Part shown: in pieces, positions 1 to 15,200 of the stretch
How the letters are laid out: the number at the start of each line of letters is the position of its first letter
How positions within the stretch are numbered: the stretch's first letter is position 1
Assembly: GCA_002633005.1 (NCBI GenBank)
Contig: NMRA01000534.1
Location: 62,001 to 126,000, forward strand
Reading direction: 5' to 3'
Length of the DNA stretch: 64,000 nt
Source of the DNA: Phoronis australis
Taxonomy: Eukaryota > Animalia > Phoronida
The notes under the pieces: model-generated
What the model was told of the DNA's origin: nothing
Database searches by the model: none
Seen by the model: only the letters and a program-made list of their open reading frames with translations
Position numbers and translations under genes: made by a program

Positions 1-88
1 CACTGTGATGATCCTGGCCAGCTGTACCTCCATACAGCTCAAGGAACAGTTGCTGCTGCCAATCACACGTCTCTCTACCTGTTCACAG

Positions 89-211
89 CTCACCCATTGG
101 CTGGAGAACCAAGGGGAGGAGATACTCACCAAGCACCGTGTCCTGGCCACCAACCTGAAGGGCATCAAGGCTCAGCAGAGAGACTTTGAGAAGGCCTACT
201 TCTCTGCGATG
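89..211 (+). CDS. PLEKHG4: RhoGEF exon (spectrin-like, LTHWLENQGEE...YFSAM)
   Basis: ttcacag| acceptor, |gtgagt donor, phase 0-0. Confidence 0.8.
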
Positions 212-3200
212 GTGAGTACTTATACACAGAGTTTGGTTAGGCCACACAAATACTGTAGTCAAGGAAACTGTTCAAATTTGGTTGTGATAATTATGCACCC
301 TTGTCACCATCAGTACTAGAAAATCTGCAACCTCCAAATGATATGTGGCACATGCGTGAGTAGAAAAGTAAAACTTCACGATTTCTGGACATGACCAGTT
401 TATTGTTTGTAAATAATAACAGTGGTCTATTTTAACATGCCAATTTGATGGATAGAAATAAACTGGAGGGTATCCGAAGAGCTTCAAAAGTTTTATCTGC
501 CTAGTGGAAATTTGCAAGTGTTATGGAGCAAGCATGGTGCAAATTGCACGCTGTGTTTTCGGCTCCATAAGATCTTCTTTTCCATTCATTGATGATGAAA
601 CAAACTTGTATAGTTATACATTGTTTTGAACAAGAGTCTTTTGCAATGATATCGGATTTTGAGAACCAGTTTTTGGATGCCTATTATTCAGTGGAGAAAA
701 CTGGTTCCCAAATTGCGGGACCTCTGTGAGTGACTCTGGCTGAGCATGGCACTGTTATTTTTACAGCAAAAATGAGAAAAAGAAGTCCCCCTATGCAATG
801 CTATTTCAATTAGTTGTCTTGTAAACAGACAAAACTCAGTTTTCACACATGGGTGAAGATTTTAAATATGGCTCGGAGCTCTTCAAACGTGGGTCAAAAA
901 TTCCAAATACATCTCTGAATATTTCAAATATAGTCCTGCACTATGTTAGAATAAATGTAAGAAGAAAATAACACTATTGTAACAAAAATGCATCCATAAT
1001 TTGTTGAAATCTCAACAATTCCTGTCAAAAATGCATGCTTAATATGTTGAAATCTCACCAATTCTTTCAAAAATGCATGTGTAATATGTTGAAATCTCAC
1101 AAATTCTTGCCAAAAAATCTCCACAATTGGCCTTGATATTTTCTGGAGTCTTTTACCATTGCACTTATTGCCCACAATTTCCCAGAAGAACATTATCTCA
1201 AAACTTAGGTGAATAGTTATGGTATTGACTATGAGTCAAGGTTATCCACAGCAACAGGGCAAAAATAACTGTGTTTGTTGAAAAGTCAAATTAAAAGGGC
1301 ATTAAACTGGTGTCTTTCAGTCAAAAACAATGTTTGATTTAGTCCCCTTCATCTCACTTATGTTTCTTACGCATCAGTGATTTCTAGACTTGAAAGAACA
1401 CTTCATACTAGACCCATTAAGTCAGCCATGTTTCAGTGACCATGGAAGTATAGCCTCTGGTAGAATGTCAGGTGATGTACATTTATAGTTTGATACGAAT
1501 TTGAAATTTAAATTGGAAATTGCAAGCTAATTGCTTATTTCCGTGATTGTGTGGCCATATTAGTTAGAAACACAACATACAATGACGATATGAATATGAA
1601 GTAGCTTTAAAATTGCCAAATGTTTTTAAGAATGAGTTTGTGGCGAAAATGGTCCACCGCTAATCACTGAAACATGTCCAGTAAAGTATCGTGACATGGT
1701 GCTAGGGAATATCACTGCATGTCCGTCATTAGTGCGGAGGTCACCTAGCTGCAGAATTATATGGTTTCACATTTACATATTGTCACTGAATACAACTGCA
1801 CTTTGTTTAGGGTAGATTATGTTAAGACAGCATTGTCGCTTTATTCCTGCTATACATTAGCATAGTTAGGAGTATGCAAATACATCTTTACACTAAATGA
1901 TAAGAATCTCATGATGTTTGTTTGGAAGAGCAAATGCGCTTGTGAAGAAAGTTGATGTTTTTAACACCAGAACATAGGTTGTAGCTTCATCGATCTTATC
2001 ATGCGCGATCATCTGGTGTTGCTTTTTGTCAAAGTGTGATTCCTTGTGTGACAATTTCCCAATCGCAAGCTCCGCCCCCTTGCGAAAAGTCACGTGACAC
2101 CCCACAAACATATAGTAAGTTTTACCCGAGAACGTGTTGTTTGGTGGGTAAAATGGTGGCTTGGAAACGAAGGTGAGTCAAGAATGCTGAGTTCTGATTG
2201 GTCGGTTAAGTCGTCGCTCAAAATCCTGGCGATAGGTCATATTGAGTGATACTTCATGCCCTTGCAGCTAGCAGTTCCTCCCATGGTGATCACAAGTCTG
2301 GTGTGATTCACATGCATTTGAAGGGTCTGCAGTGAAAGGTACTGACACTGTAAACAGAAAAATGCACTGGAAATTGTTGTGGGAAGGCGTGTTGGAACTG
2401 TATTTGGATATGTACAGTGGTCTGCTTATAATTGTAGATGGATAGGGTTTAATGAGATGACTTTTTAATGTCTTATCCACAAGGAGTGACCTTGTCCAGC
2501 TAATTAAGGGTTATTTATAGTCCACAGTGTCCATTCACAGATTACTAAATAGAATGGAAAAAGAGAACCTTGTGCTCCAGAGATGATCATGTTACCAGAT
2601 GGTGTTATGTGTACTACTAGCAAGAAAACCCTCATCAACCTTCAAAAGTTTAAAATAAGTTGGGAAAGTCCTCACCAAAGTCTGCTAAGTTGGCAAACGT
2701 GAATTAAACTTTAAGTGGGTTAAAGCTTGCGACTGTGGACCAAAACCACCACTGGACCACTTTCTAACTAAGTGGTGAAGTCTTTTGGCTGAATACCAGT
2801 AATCCTTCTTTCTTTCAATGAAGCCAAAACAGGGTTTATCATCCTTTTAACATAGAAATTATGCTGGTGGAAGTTTAATACATGCACAAGAATGTTGGGC
2901 AATTGATGAGGGCAAGCTGGTTGTGTGGTAGTGTGTTCAACTATGTCGAGGCTTGATGAGGGCTTGATTCCTACCCGTGACTCAGCTCCATTCAGTATGC
3001 ACTAGTGGTTGAACGATTTTGGGAAAGTTTAATCCTAAATCTCTGGAACGATTTGTTGGCACTGGATGAATTTTTGGTGAGGACGTTTTTGTTTAGGAGC
3101 ATTAACATTCGGTGGAGCATCTCCAGGATGGGTACTGTAGGTCTGCATAGTGAATTTGATATGCCAATGGTGAGGTTTGTGTTTGTGTTTCAACTCCCAG

Positions 3201-6200
3201 AACTGGGAAAAAACGTGTGGTGTGTACAAATCAGTGGCTTGAATGTGCAATAGTAGAACCAGTTTTGCCCCTCCCCCACTCTGTAATGTGAGTGAACATT
3301 TTTTTCTGAAGAAGCGGCTTTATTGGGGCGATGCTGCCCCCACCACTTTCAGGGAGAGCACTACCTCCTTCCCTTCCTGCTTCTTGTACCTATGATAATT
3401 GTTAACTTGTTATCCTATCATTTCTTATGGCCTGTTCTGCTGTTCAGCTTGTCCATCAGTAATACCTGACTTTAATGTTGTTGGCACATTTTTATACAAA
3501 TACAAGGGTTTCTGTAATATTGAAGAAAAGTTCCCGACTTCTTGTATACCAATGTTCTTTTGAATAAGCTGTCTGGTTCTTAACTGAAAATCATTGGCAT
3601 TTTAGATTGGGCAGGACTCTTGTTCTTTTCCTGCACTGGTCTTCCAGCCAGTACCTAGCTACCTGTCATGGAGGATTAATTCCAGCTGAATGACAGGAGT
3701 GGACTCTCAATCATGACACCTTGTTGTGAACTACCACTTCACTGAAATTGCATTATATAACTCCATTAAAGTGCCTTGTGTCCATTGTTGGGCAGTGTAA
3801 CTTGATAAGCTTGTAACTGTATCCGATTACCTCTTGTAGAAGGTAACACTTGTTTTGGGAGGGTCAGAGGGGTCGTATTTTTTTCAATGAATACCAATTT
3901 TGTTACTAAGTGTTGAGTGCAACTCATTTTGTATTTTATTGGAAAAGCATCTGAGAGATTTTTTAGACCTTTGAATATGGTGTTGAATTCAATTTGATGT
4001 TTTACACTGCATATATGTTGCTTTACTTTTTTGTGCATAGCAGTTGTAATCGCCTGGGCACGCTACACTGGGTTGACCTCTAGAATAACAATGACAGGCC
4101 TACAACAGTAATTGTCTGGGGAATGACTTTGAAATGATCTGTAATTGGAATTTGTGTTTCTGCACTGTGTAGCCTTTGTTTTAAAAACGGAGCATTTGAG
4201 CTTAAACCTGTTATTCTTTTACCCAGTTAAAAATTTAAAGTTACTAGTTAGATTACACAATTTTGTTTTCAAAGCAAAACATTTCACCTTTCCTGATAAA
4301 CTTTCTCTTCTCATATCAAAGCATTTCACCTTAAAGCTGATCATACTTTCACTTCTCAAAACAAAGAATTTCGCCTTAAACCTGATATTTTCTTTTATCA
4401 ATTAAAAACTGAAACTAATTAGAATATCATTCACACATACTTTTGTGTAACCTGCTAGAGGTCACCAAAGGTGAGCCCCGCTTACCTTTGTGACTCACCT
4501 GTCAGCTATCACCAACAAACCGTGTATAGTTTACCTAAAAACAATAAAGATAAAGGTTGTCGGAAATACCAACGTTTACCCAATGCATTGTCAACCCTTT
4601 GATATATTAGCTCAGACATCATAACAGTATTGTCCATTTGAGTTATAAAAACATACCAAAGAAATAATCGGCATTGACAGTGTTACGTTTCAGTAGTTTG
4701 ATATCCTCATTTTGTCCAAGCGTTTGGCTTGTTATTTGATTGGATCTTTCCTGAGGCTATTGTTTGCACATGGTCAGTCGCATGAGTCATTCACAACTTT
4801 TTGACCAACAGGAGTCGACAGAGTTATGTTGGTTGTGAAAGACAATTACTGCAGTACATAGGTTATGCTTTTGGAAATATTAAGACTAATGAGCTGTAAA
4901 TCAGATGTCTTGTTAAGTTTCGTCAGTTATGGCAAAACCTGGAAGGTAATCGTATGAAAAATGATAACACGAATCTTTTCAAAAATAGCCAATTTTTCAT
5001 AATTTTACATTGTATCGATTTCAGCAATCGAGAGTTGAATTTTTTAACGAACAAATTTGTTTCCTTTTTAGCATATTACCGTAGTTTATTCATCCTTATC
5101 TGAAAACGAGGATATCACTTTTATGATACCATTTTTGTCATTTTGTACTAAACATTGCAGCGTTCTTACAATTAATTTGTTGACCACTGGTCAGTTCATC
5201 ATTTGTGCAATGTGTTACCTTTCAACAGTGTCTCTCAAGAAATTTACCTGCTCCAAACATTGTTAAGAGCTGCCCATAGACATGTAGACTTGGAAAGCCA
5301 ATTTCAGTGTCTTGTCACTGAGGTTGCGTTACGTATGCATGGCATTTGTCTGCATTCATTTGTTCCGGTGTTGGTTCTTACTACAAAATTAACGTAAAGC
5401 CATCTAGTAATATTACTATAATTTCGAAATTTTACAGTTTCCTTAAAATATATCCACATAACCAAACTCATGTACCTAGATCAAATAACACTAGGCCAAT
5501 GGGAAAAATTTCATCTTCACTAAAAATTTTGACAATGCTTGACGTTTTGTACCTGAAATTCAAAGAGGAATCTCGCGGCTAATCTCGGGGTCGCAAGCTC
5601 TAACAGTAGAATACATAGATCATGCACGGATGTTGGCATTCCAGTTCTAGAGTTCTATGGGCTAACTTGTAGTCAACACAACATTGGCAAAAATATTTTG
5701 AATGAAAACCATTTCTTTTGTTGAAATCACTGTTGCTCTAGCTGTTTTTGTATGTCAGGCAGAAGTTTTAATTATATTGTCGTCACTTCATGTTTGCCCA
5801 GGCCACTATTTTTAGTTGTCCCTGTCCATCACTCATCTTGAATGTTCTACAAGAGTCATGGGGGTAATAAGCTGATGCCAGACCTGTCAGCTAGTGATGA
5901 CCTTTTGCTAGGACATGCAGTGCCATTTCTGAAGACTATCGGAGGGGAATCCTTTGGTTTTTATTCTTTAATACACGGGGAGTTTGTTAACATTGTACAG
6001 GTGATACAACTGTGGATTAATAGGAGTCTTTGATGTATTCAACGGAAAATTCACCGATGCTAACTTGATTTGTTTTGTTTGAAGTTTGTGATTCGGTTTG
6101 ACCTAATTAGCAGTGTGCGAGCAAGTATTCTTCTTCATTATAACTTTGTCTATTGCTTGATTAGTGGTCAAAGGTTTTATTGTGTGCACAAATTGAACAC

Positions 6201-9200
6201 ATAAGTAAGCCACCACATAGAATGCACAGTATCTTACTTATGAGCATTGAGAGGTTTGCTGGGTAGACTTAAAGTTAAGACAATGTAACAGGTGTTATAT
6301 TTTCTTCAAAAAGTTTAAGTGGAGATTTGACATACTGTCCTACTCTCCCCTGTGTTATAATTTTCAAAAGCAAACAAGCCATGAGTTCTGTTGATGGAAT
6401 TTATGTTTTCCTGGAGATTTTAGATTTTTTGGCTAAGCTATACCCCTAGTAGTTGCATACATTCCAAAATAAAAAAGTAAGATATTTAGATCTGGGATGC
6501 TTGGGGGAAACTGTCTGTCGCAACTTCCAAAATAGCATGCTGATTTTTTTGTATTTTTTAGTGGTTTGTGTGAAATGGAATGAGGGGAAATAGGGGTATG
6601 CAGTGTGGTAATGCAAGGAAATATGCGGGCAGGCATTAACACAACTGCTGTGCTTTCAGTAGGTAAATATTATCTCCCATATCTAAAAAGCAGGACATTC
6701 TTATGCTGTCACAGGGTGTAAGAACAGTCCTGCCTAAAGTGGGACAGTTGCCAACTATGAAGTGGCCAAGGATGTGGTTTGAAGGTATTTCCTCAGATTT
6801 TGGTTTCAGATGTTCTAGAAGTTGCGGGTGCTAACACTTTTTTGGATAATTTTGGGTTTCTTTCTGGTCAGGCATGCACTGTGAAACTGAAAGTGTGTCA
6901 CGCTCCGAGCAATGATTTTTTTTTGCTTTTCAACAAGCTTCACTGCACTTTGTCAAAACCTTTTTATGAAGAGGTGAATTCCTGTAGTAACCCGTAACAT
7001 ATTCATGGCACAAACAGATCAGGGTGAGTTTTTGGGGCTGTGTTGGCTGCAATAGTTTGAGCCTTTGTGCAACAATGATGTTTATGCCAAGAGTAGATTT
7101 CTGCCAAAATCCAATCCACTGGACAACATAACTTGATAGGTAGACAAATTTGTCTTCTGCTCAACACTGTGTGCTTTAAAGATTGACTGTTTGCACAATG
7201 TAATGGCTCATATTTCAAACTGTAATACTCCAACCAATCAGTGGGAAAGATGTCTTTTTGCAGTGTTGTAGATATCAATTGATAGACAAACGAGGTTCTG
7301 TCATTATGTTTGTACACAGTTGTGCTTATTTTTTGGGGGTGAATTATCACTGGTGTCTCTAGATGTACCTGCCGTGCACTTTAAAAATTTACTCTTTATT
7401 CCTGAACTATTAAAATGTTTTATACATGTAGCACATATCAGTAAATTTGTTGCCATGTGGTTTTCTGAAATCTTATTGCCCTTTTGTTCTCAGTTTTGCT
7501 TTCAGCTGTAAGGGGTTTGAAGGGTCTGTTGTGCTCTGTTTAACAGTTGTAATAACAATTTAACTGCGTGTTTTCTGGTGTTGAGCAACACTGAGAGTCT
7601 ATGTTTGTGCGATCATTCAGAACCGAACCATAGCTGACTAATATCGCCCAGTTCACAACAAAAAATGCAGGTATCAGATGCCGCGAGCTATTCCATCTGA
7701 TCACAATGCTGTGTTCGTATGGGCCTGTATAGCTGGGTATATTATAACAAATTTCTTACAATCTTGCATGTTTTGGTGATTATTGTCGGCATTGTGCTTG
7801 TTTTCATAGCACATTTTCTGCCTTTCTGCCCGTAAAGTGTTGAGATTGTTTGAACTCATTCTCCTGACTGGCTATAGATGGAACACAATGGCAATAAAAA
7901 TATTAAAATCCTGTGTTGACTTTACTGAGCAATAGCTGTGAATAAGACTTGCTACTGTCTAAACACTGAGCCTACCTGATTACCTATTGAGCCCTGTGTT
8001 CTTGGCACAGACCTGCAGTCTGGGCAGGTTGACCAGAGTGTTTGGACTTCTTTTTAGTGGCTGGCTCAGGCTAGAAACATTCACTTGTCTGCCAGCGGAA
8101 ATCTTTTCACGTGCGAGTCAATGGCGATTGCCTACTCTATTCCATGTGTTAATTGGTGCGCGTACAAGACTGCTGTTCATTCTGCTCATAGATTCTGCTC
8201 TGATTAGAACGTTGACGAGATGGTGGCCAGTTCTGACATCTTGTTCAGGTATTTGTCTTAGATTGCTGATAATGTGGAGTTTTCTCAAGTCTTTTGTATT
8301 TAATTCCTTTTGTGAATTTGTGAACCAAAATTGTATCTGCTTAATTTTGTTTTGACGTTTACCCGAGTTTGTTTACTTTTTCATTTATTTTACGCATTTG
8401 TTATGCTTTTCAAAGACCGATCGTACTTTTTTGTTTGGAATTTTTCGTTTTTGACAGTTTTTATTTTTATTAATTTTTGATGTTGAATAATTAAATGCTT
8501 CTTGCGAATGGGATTATGAGATCAGACCAGCTATTTTGTTTCCTTGTTATTTACTAGTATAGATTGAATATTTTGAGCTTTTGTGTTGGGCAAGTCCTCT
8601 GTTTTGCACCTACCAAAACTTAAACAGAGCCAACTGCAAATTAGTGAAATGTTTATCTGAGTGACAGTCTATCACATCCAGCCTGGAAGTAGGCTGGTTG
8701 TTTCAGATGATGCTGCCTTGCTCATTATTAGAGAGATGGAAGTCCTGTCATTTCCAAAATAAGCTCATAAAACATTACTCATGTTCAGTTTGATACATGT
8801 TGATGTTCCTCTTATTACTGCAATTACACCATTTGTGAAGTGGTGGTCTATGCAGTTTATTGGCCTCAATATATCTTCATTTCCGTTGACACTGTCAGCC
8901 ACATGTTGTTAGGGCCAGTCCGGAAGTTTTTGATGTATTGTTGAGCCATTGTTGACATCCTGCTCCTCCACCAATGCTGTTGCTTCATTGGCGCCTCCCA
9001 AAGAGGCCAAGCCATGCATACATATGGAGCCTCACATACACAGGGATCATTCATTCATTCATTTATTCATTCATTCATTTATTGGGTTTGTAGAAAGTCA
9101 TTGTTTCCTGCCTGTCTGTGACTTTGTTCACAAGTCTCTCTTGTATCCTGCTGTGAGATATAACCCTTATAGACTGCATTGTGGTCCAGTAGGCACAGCT

Positions 9201-12200
9201 CAGTGGGAGTGTGTTTATCAGATTTTCACACCTTTCCTGTGTTATTCTAAAGTCTCAGGTAAGCCAGTGCTACCTGTAAGTGTTCAGGTTACAAGACTCT
9301 CGCCTAGATAAGATTGCACAGATGATGGAGTTCAGTGAGAGATACCTAGGAGATGTCATCGTCTCTGTCATTTAGCAGCTTAAGTTTGATTTCATCAGTG
9401 CTTCGAGGGTAATTCAGGCATGAGTGAAGACGCTGTGTATGGATTCTGCAGCCTCTGTCTGGTTCAAAGTCGTGTAGATGTCCTCGTGCAAAAGAAAATA
9501 TTTATTTAATATATTCGCAAATTCCAGTGTCATGTTCATGTGGAGTGAATAGGTATGCAATCTCCATAAGACATTAGACAGCCCTAGACCTGGTGAGTAT
9601 CCCTGAATTGTGTCTGCATCGACTTTTAAAAAGAACCACTACCATTAGAAAAACTGGATAATTTTAATACTGTGGAACTCACTTGAATGCATAGGTTAGT
9701 TGCTTTTTATCTTCCGTTGATATTTATACATGTATTATTTGTTTTTTATTCTGTTATTTTGTCAAGTTTGCTAATTTCGGGTAGTTGATAATTGCTTAAC
9801 TGTGTACATTTCTGGACTTGTGGTGTTACTTGTTTTGCTCGGGAGCTTAATAATATCACGTGAAGCATAAAATGTTGAAAATTTGTGCTTTTGCTGAAAA
9901 ACAATGCATCCTGGGGTAGCTTTTCGTGGAAATGCCCCCCTCAGCATTGTTCGAGTGATGCAAGCGGTGTTCATGTTGTTTACCTGTAACTTAGTGGTCT
10001 CTCATTTTGCATTTAATATTTCGTGCCATAATTCAAATTTGTTGGCATTGGTGTGGTGTTTGTAGAGCTCTGACGTCTTAAAAGGTGAATTATTTTCACC
10101 TTTTGTGTAAATGATGTAACGCTTGATTTATTGGCAGTCTGTCACGTTTGAAAACAAACGTTACTCTTAACTTCTCATTTTTACTGATAGTTAGTGCCAA
10201 TTTATGCTTAGGTGTTAATGTATTTCCTGGTGAATAGCTCAGTGGGACCTTTCAACCATTCACAAGTCCCCTCTCACTATATATACTGTCCAGTCATTGC
10301 GAAAATCATAATTGAATAAACATGTGATCTCATGGTCATACTGCAGAGTGAACGGAGCATAAGGAGAGCTTATTTGCTTATCTTTTTGCTCGTATAAAAG
10401 CACATTTCCTGTGGCTTTTACCTTCTGCGAAGTCGGAAGAGATACTGGTGCGTGCAGAGGTTGATACTCTAAAATGTTTATTTGTGTTTTTGCATTGGTT
10501 CCGAGTAAGCATATTCGTTCTCTGTTCAAATAATGTATGTGGTGGTTGACTGAGCAAGTGGCGCCAGCTCACCAGCGTTGTTCCAAGATCAGTTGAGTGC
10601 ATTGAATTTATCAATCGATGGAGTTTTTTGAAAAGTTTGTACTGACCAGCCATCATAAAACAAAATGTTAGTAAAAGATTCTGGTCATTTTAACAAATGA
10701 ATACAATTGGCTTTTGGAAAATGGTATATCAAAATTCTAACAATTACTTTTTAGCAACATTATTATGAAGAGAGATTACTGTATTGATCTTAATTATCAT
10801 TTAAGGTTGTCTATAAAAATGTTTAAATTTGGCTAACTTCAGAACATCATATCTCAGAAATAACTGATCGGATCCGTGTGAAACTTTCAGATAGTGGGCT
10901 TCATGCATTTTTCCAAAATGCTTTAAAGTAATCCACCGTTACAAGAGGGGATATCAAAAAATAGGACTTCATGATTTTTATGAAAAAATTCAAATGCTGC
11001 AAAAAGTGAAATGATAATCTAGAAAGCTGAACGTTTTTGAAATTTCATCTTGAACAAACAAAATTTTGCCGTTTTATTTAAATGTCGTCTTACTGTGAAC
11101 ATGCCTTTCTTTTTTGCTAAATTTAACTAAAAACCTGGTCACGTGATCCAATCAGTGGCAAATTGGTATTTAGTCAAAAACAAAACAAGCTTTCTAAATA
11201 TTTTTTTCCTTAATTTTAATTTTAATTTGGTTTTGTGTTATCTTGTTAATTGTTAATATTTGAAAACATAGCTTGTAGATATTTGACACAGTCTTGTCAA
11301 CAAGGACCTACATAACCTCAGAAGATAAATTTCTTTACGTTAACCATTCCTGTGCGTCTGACCTTTTTTCTTGGCAACTTTGGGGACACTTTGTTATCAT
11401 TGCACCTCACTCCATACTTTTGTTATTGCTGAAGGTTTTGCGTTATCTTGTTAATTGGCCATGTATTGTTTGTTCAGTCAAGTGCAGTTTGAGATAATCT
11501 TGGATAGTATGTTTACTTTTAAGGCTATTGGATTTAAATGGCTGCCAAAGGCAAATCCCACTTTTTAGATCTTTTCCTTGACTTTTTGTTGTATTTATCA
11601 TCTTGTATATCTCATAAGTGGAGTCAGGAGCTTCAAGTGGATTATTCTTGTTGCATTTCTGCAAATTGACTCTTTCTTAAAGTGGCGCAAAATTCGTGAT
11701 TGTTTGTTGATTTTTATGCTAGAATAGCCTTGTCAGTGAACAGAGATAAAGTAGTCTTCAGATTTCCTTGTTTCTCTGTTGTCTTTCAAAATTTAGTAAG
11801 ATATTACTGGAAACTTTACTGCTCACATGAATTTGGAATCTTGCAGTGGTTTCCCACTAGAAGCGAAACTTTGATTTTAGTAAAGTTTATGTGAGTGGGA
11901 AAGGCAGCTAATCTGCAAGCGAAATATTGCTGAAAATAGTAGGATTTAATAGCAAAAGTTGGGTACTCACAGATACTGAGGTGTAGTGGGACAGGACAGA
12001 GCGAAACTTCAGCGACATTATCGATAGCGGTTGCGGCAATGATGGAGGATCATGCGAGACTCGGCAAAATGTGTTCTTTGTTATTGAAGAGTTAGTTTAC
12101 ATTGGTACATTTCAATTTGTAAATAAATAAAAGAATACACATCAGATGAAGAATGACACTGATCATTTTCATAATTAGTGGTAAATGGTGGGAAAACAAA

Positions 12201-15200
12201 TTTCAGTTAGCCTCGATCCCTCTACTCAGTACTCGCTTGAGAGTACGAATGAACTGCGTCGTCTGGAATTTTTCTCTGATGACTGAATTGCCATAGAACG
12301 ATAACTTCCAAATCGCTGTCTAGTGGAAAGGGTTACCAAGTTTCGGCGAAGCTTTGGTAAACCGAACGAAGTTCCCCTGATGGGGAAAGCACCTTTGGTA
12401 TTCAAAATTCAAGCATACACTCAGCAAATATAATGCTTGATGTGGAAATCAAGCCCCATTAAAACTTGAGATTACAAACCAAACGTTGTGCCTAGAGGGT
12501 AATGCCTCTTCTTAAATAAGGCATGTTGGTGCTCACTATTTTCACAGAACCACATCACAGCATATACTATGCAGCAAGCATGTTTTTACAGTTTTTTTTA
12601 CCATACATACCATGCATTGTTTCTTTAAATCGACGTTACTGATTTCTTGACTTGTTTTTCAAAAGTTGATTATCACGCCACAAGAGGACCCAGTGATCAG
12701 TGCAGTGGGCCCAGGAGTGTGGTCTATGCACGCCACTGCAAAGGCATCAGGTGACTTATCTGGTTTTTATTACTTGAGGTGGATAACAATTCTGTTGTCA
12801 TTTTTTCAGACCCAGGTTGCCAAGGGTAATGATCTAGTTAAAGAGGGAAAGAGTCTGGCAGTGAATGAAGAGCTTGGTGATATAGGAGACGCAGCCGAAA
12901 GACTGGCATCACAGATGAAGAATTTCACGGGACAACTGGAGAGTACAAGGGATAGGATAGAGGCTACCGCCAAGTCTTACAGCCTCTTGGACAAGGTAGG
13001 TGCTGATATATGAACAGGGGATCATTTTTGGTAAAAATCCTTCATTTTGGTTGAAAAATGATTATTGTGGATATTTTCCCACATTGCAGCAAATGACGAA
13101 TATTGCCAAAGTTTTTGTGACGGTCCTGCTTGCAATAAAGTAAATCTTTCTGAGAAATTTATATTGTTGAAAAATTTGACATATGGTGATGAAGTACCTT
13201 TACCCGCCCATAAAACATCTTAAAATGAAGATTTTTTACCATTCTTTATTTAACAATTGGATTGTTTTTCTTTCAGCCATTGTCCTGCTTGTTTATTGTG
13301 ATGGTGTAGTTGTAAAGCATTAGTTGTTTGTAAACCATATCACACTACCGTACAGTATGTATATGGAGGTTTGGTGTCAGTTAGGTTACTGGCAGCTTGT
13401 AGCCTTATGGGTGGTGGTTTTGTTACTGTGGTGTTATGCATTTGTGTCTACCGTTGAAGCGCGTAGCAGTGATTTTTCGTGGTAACATTGTTCTTGGTTT
13501 TCCAATGCTAATATTTTGTGGTCATTTTCATGTGACTGAATTTATCCAGGACCATGATCAAACAACTAAGTCTTCATATTGATATGTTGTGGACTGCCAT
13601 GATCTTACCCAGGATGCACCTGCTATAGGTGCATGTTACTTTTTATAGTGCAGAGGTGCCAGATTACATAACTATGTATAGCCCAACACAAGGAAAGTTA
13701 GGAAAGGTTCTAATTGGTATTCACAATGAAGCCTGTTGTGTTGCCGAAGATTTCTTTTGTGTTGTGCAGTGATACCAACATCCACATTCGTAATATTACT
13801 CAAGATTTAAGGTGTTCCATGCTGGTGGTTGCTTTGACAGGTTTAAACTGTTGGATAAAGGCTTTGGAAAAAGAAAATATCGCTTATTGTGCATGCTGTT
13901 GAACTTGGTAGCTCAGCACATAGAGGATGGCTTATTGGTTGGTTGGGAGTGCACAATCGGACTTTATTGATATGTGCAGGGGGCAGTGTTCTCTGCTTGG
14001 CTGTCCCACTGTTGTCTGCCATTCAGTGTGATGTGTGAACACAAGTTGTCACTCTAACAGCCTACGCACGTTTGAGCACATTGGCTGCGTGAATAAGGTG
14101 TGAGAAGGCTGTGTTGACTGCTGTGTTGTTTTAACCCATGGCAGGCCTCCCATGTTGGCGTGCCCAGTGGGAGGTGTTGAGGTGTATTGAGGGCCGTCAG
14201 TGTCGAGATTGGTCCAGTACTCCACTGCATGTGGCAATGGAATCTTGTGTCTCCGTTTTCCCCTCCGAGTGTTCTGGGAAGACGTGTTCACTTACTGTAG
14301 CTTGTTTGAAAGGTCTGATTTTAACAAGAATCTAATTTTCTCAAGTGGGCTACAATTGGAAGGTAAGTAGGTACCTAAGGCGAAATCCTGGTAAAATTTG
14401 TTGGACGTGGGTTACTCTTAGTAAGCTGAATGCTCAGTGGCTGTGGAACCATTCTAAACAGGGAACAGTGCTCAAAAGCATATATTTAAGACTTTTTAAA
14501 ACAGTACAGTTCTCCTGCGCTTGCCAGTAGTTACTTTCATTGAGTGCTGTTTTGAGACAGTTGCACGCAGTTCAGCATTTGCTTCAGACTCAAAAATGAT
14601 ACTATACATGGTGAATATTCACCGGATGTCAGGAATCTGTTAACTACCTACACAGACCTATGTTTTCACTTCCACCTGGCGGTATAAAAACCTTGTGGCA
14701 GAGTATGTAACTGCCACAAACGCAGTTAATTGTGAAAATAAAATTCCATCTTGTTATTATTTTCAAAGCAGTTTAGAAATCCGCTGATCTCCAGATCACC
14801 TGACTGTTGTGCTTGTCACAGTGACGATTTCAAAGACCTTTTATCTCCGAACTATAAATGTTCCAAAATATGTTTTCAGAAAGTTGAAAGACTGCCCAAC
14901 TATTTACTCTAGACCTTTTATCTCCGAACTATAAATGTCCCAAAATATGTTTTCAGAAAGTTGAAAGACTGCCAAACTATTTACTCTTCATTAAGTACTC
15001 TGATAGAACAATTACTGTGAATAGTACAGTTCCATGTTGTTAATGTACAAGGACCCAACTCATGTTATGAATGAGCTTACCACTGTAATCAAGCCTGTGA
15101 TCTAATCTTCATCTAATCTGTGGTCTCAGTGAAAACATTGAGCACTTTAAGTAGAACAATAGCTCTTAGGTGAATTTCTGCTTCAACTGAGTTTGCAGAC

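Noticed and set aside
8220-9592. Possible extra RhoGEF exons (ATG...TTCAG|gtattt near 8248; CTG|gtgagt near 9592)
   Set aside because: Phases or stops are incompatible with flanking coding exons; could be UTR exons but unsupported without transcripts
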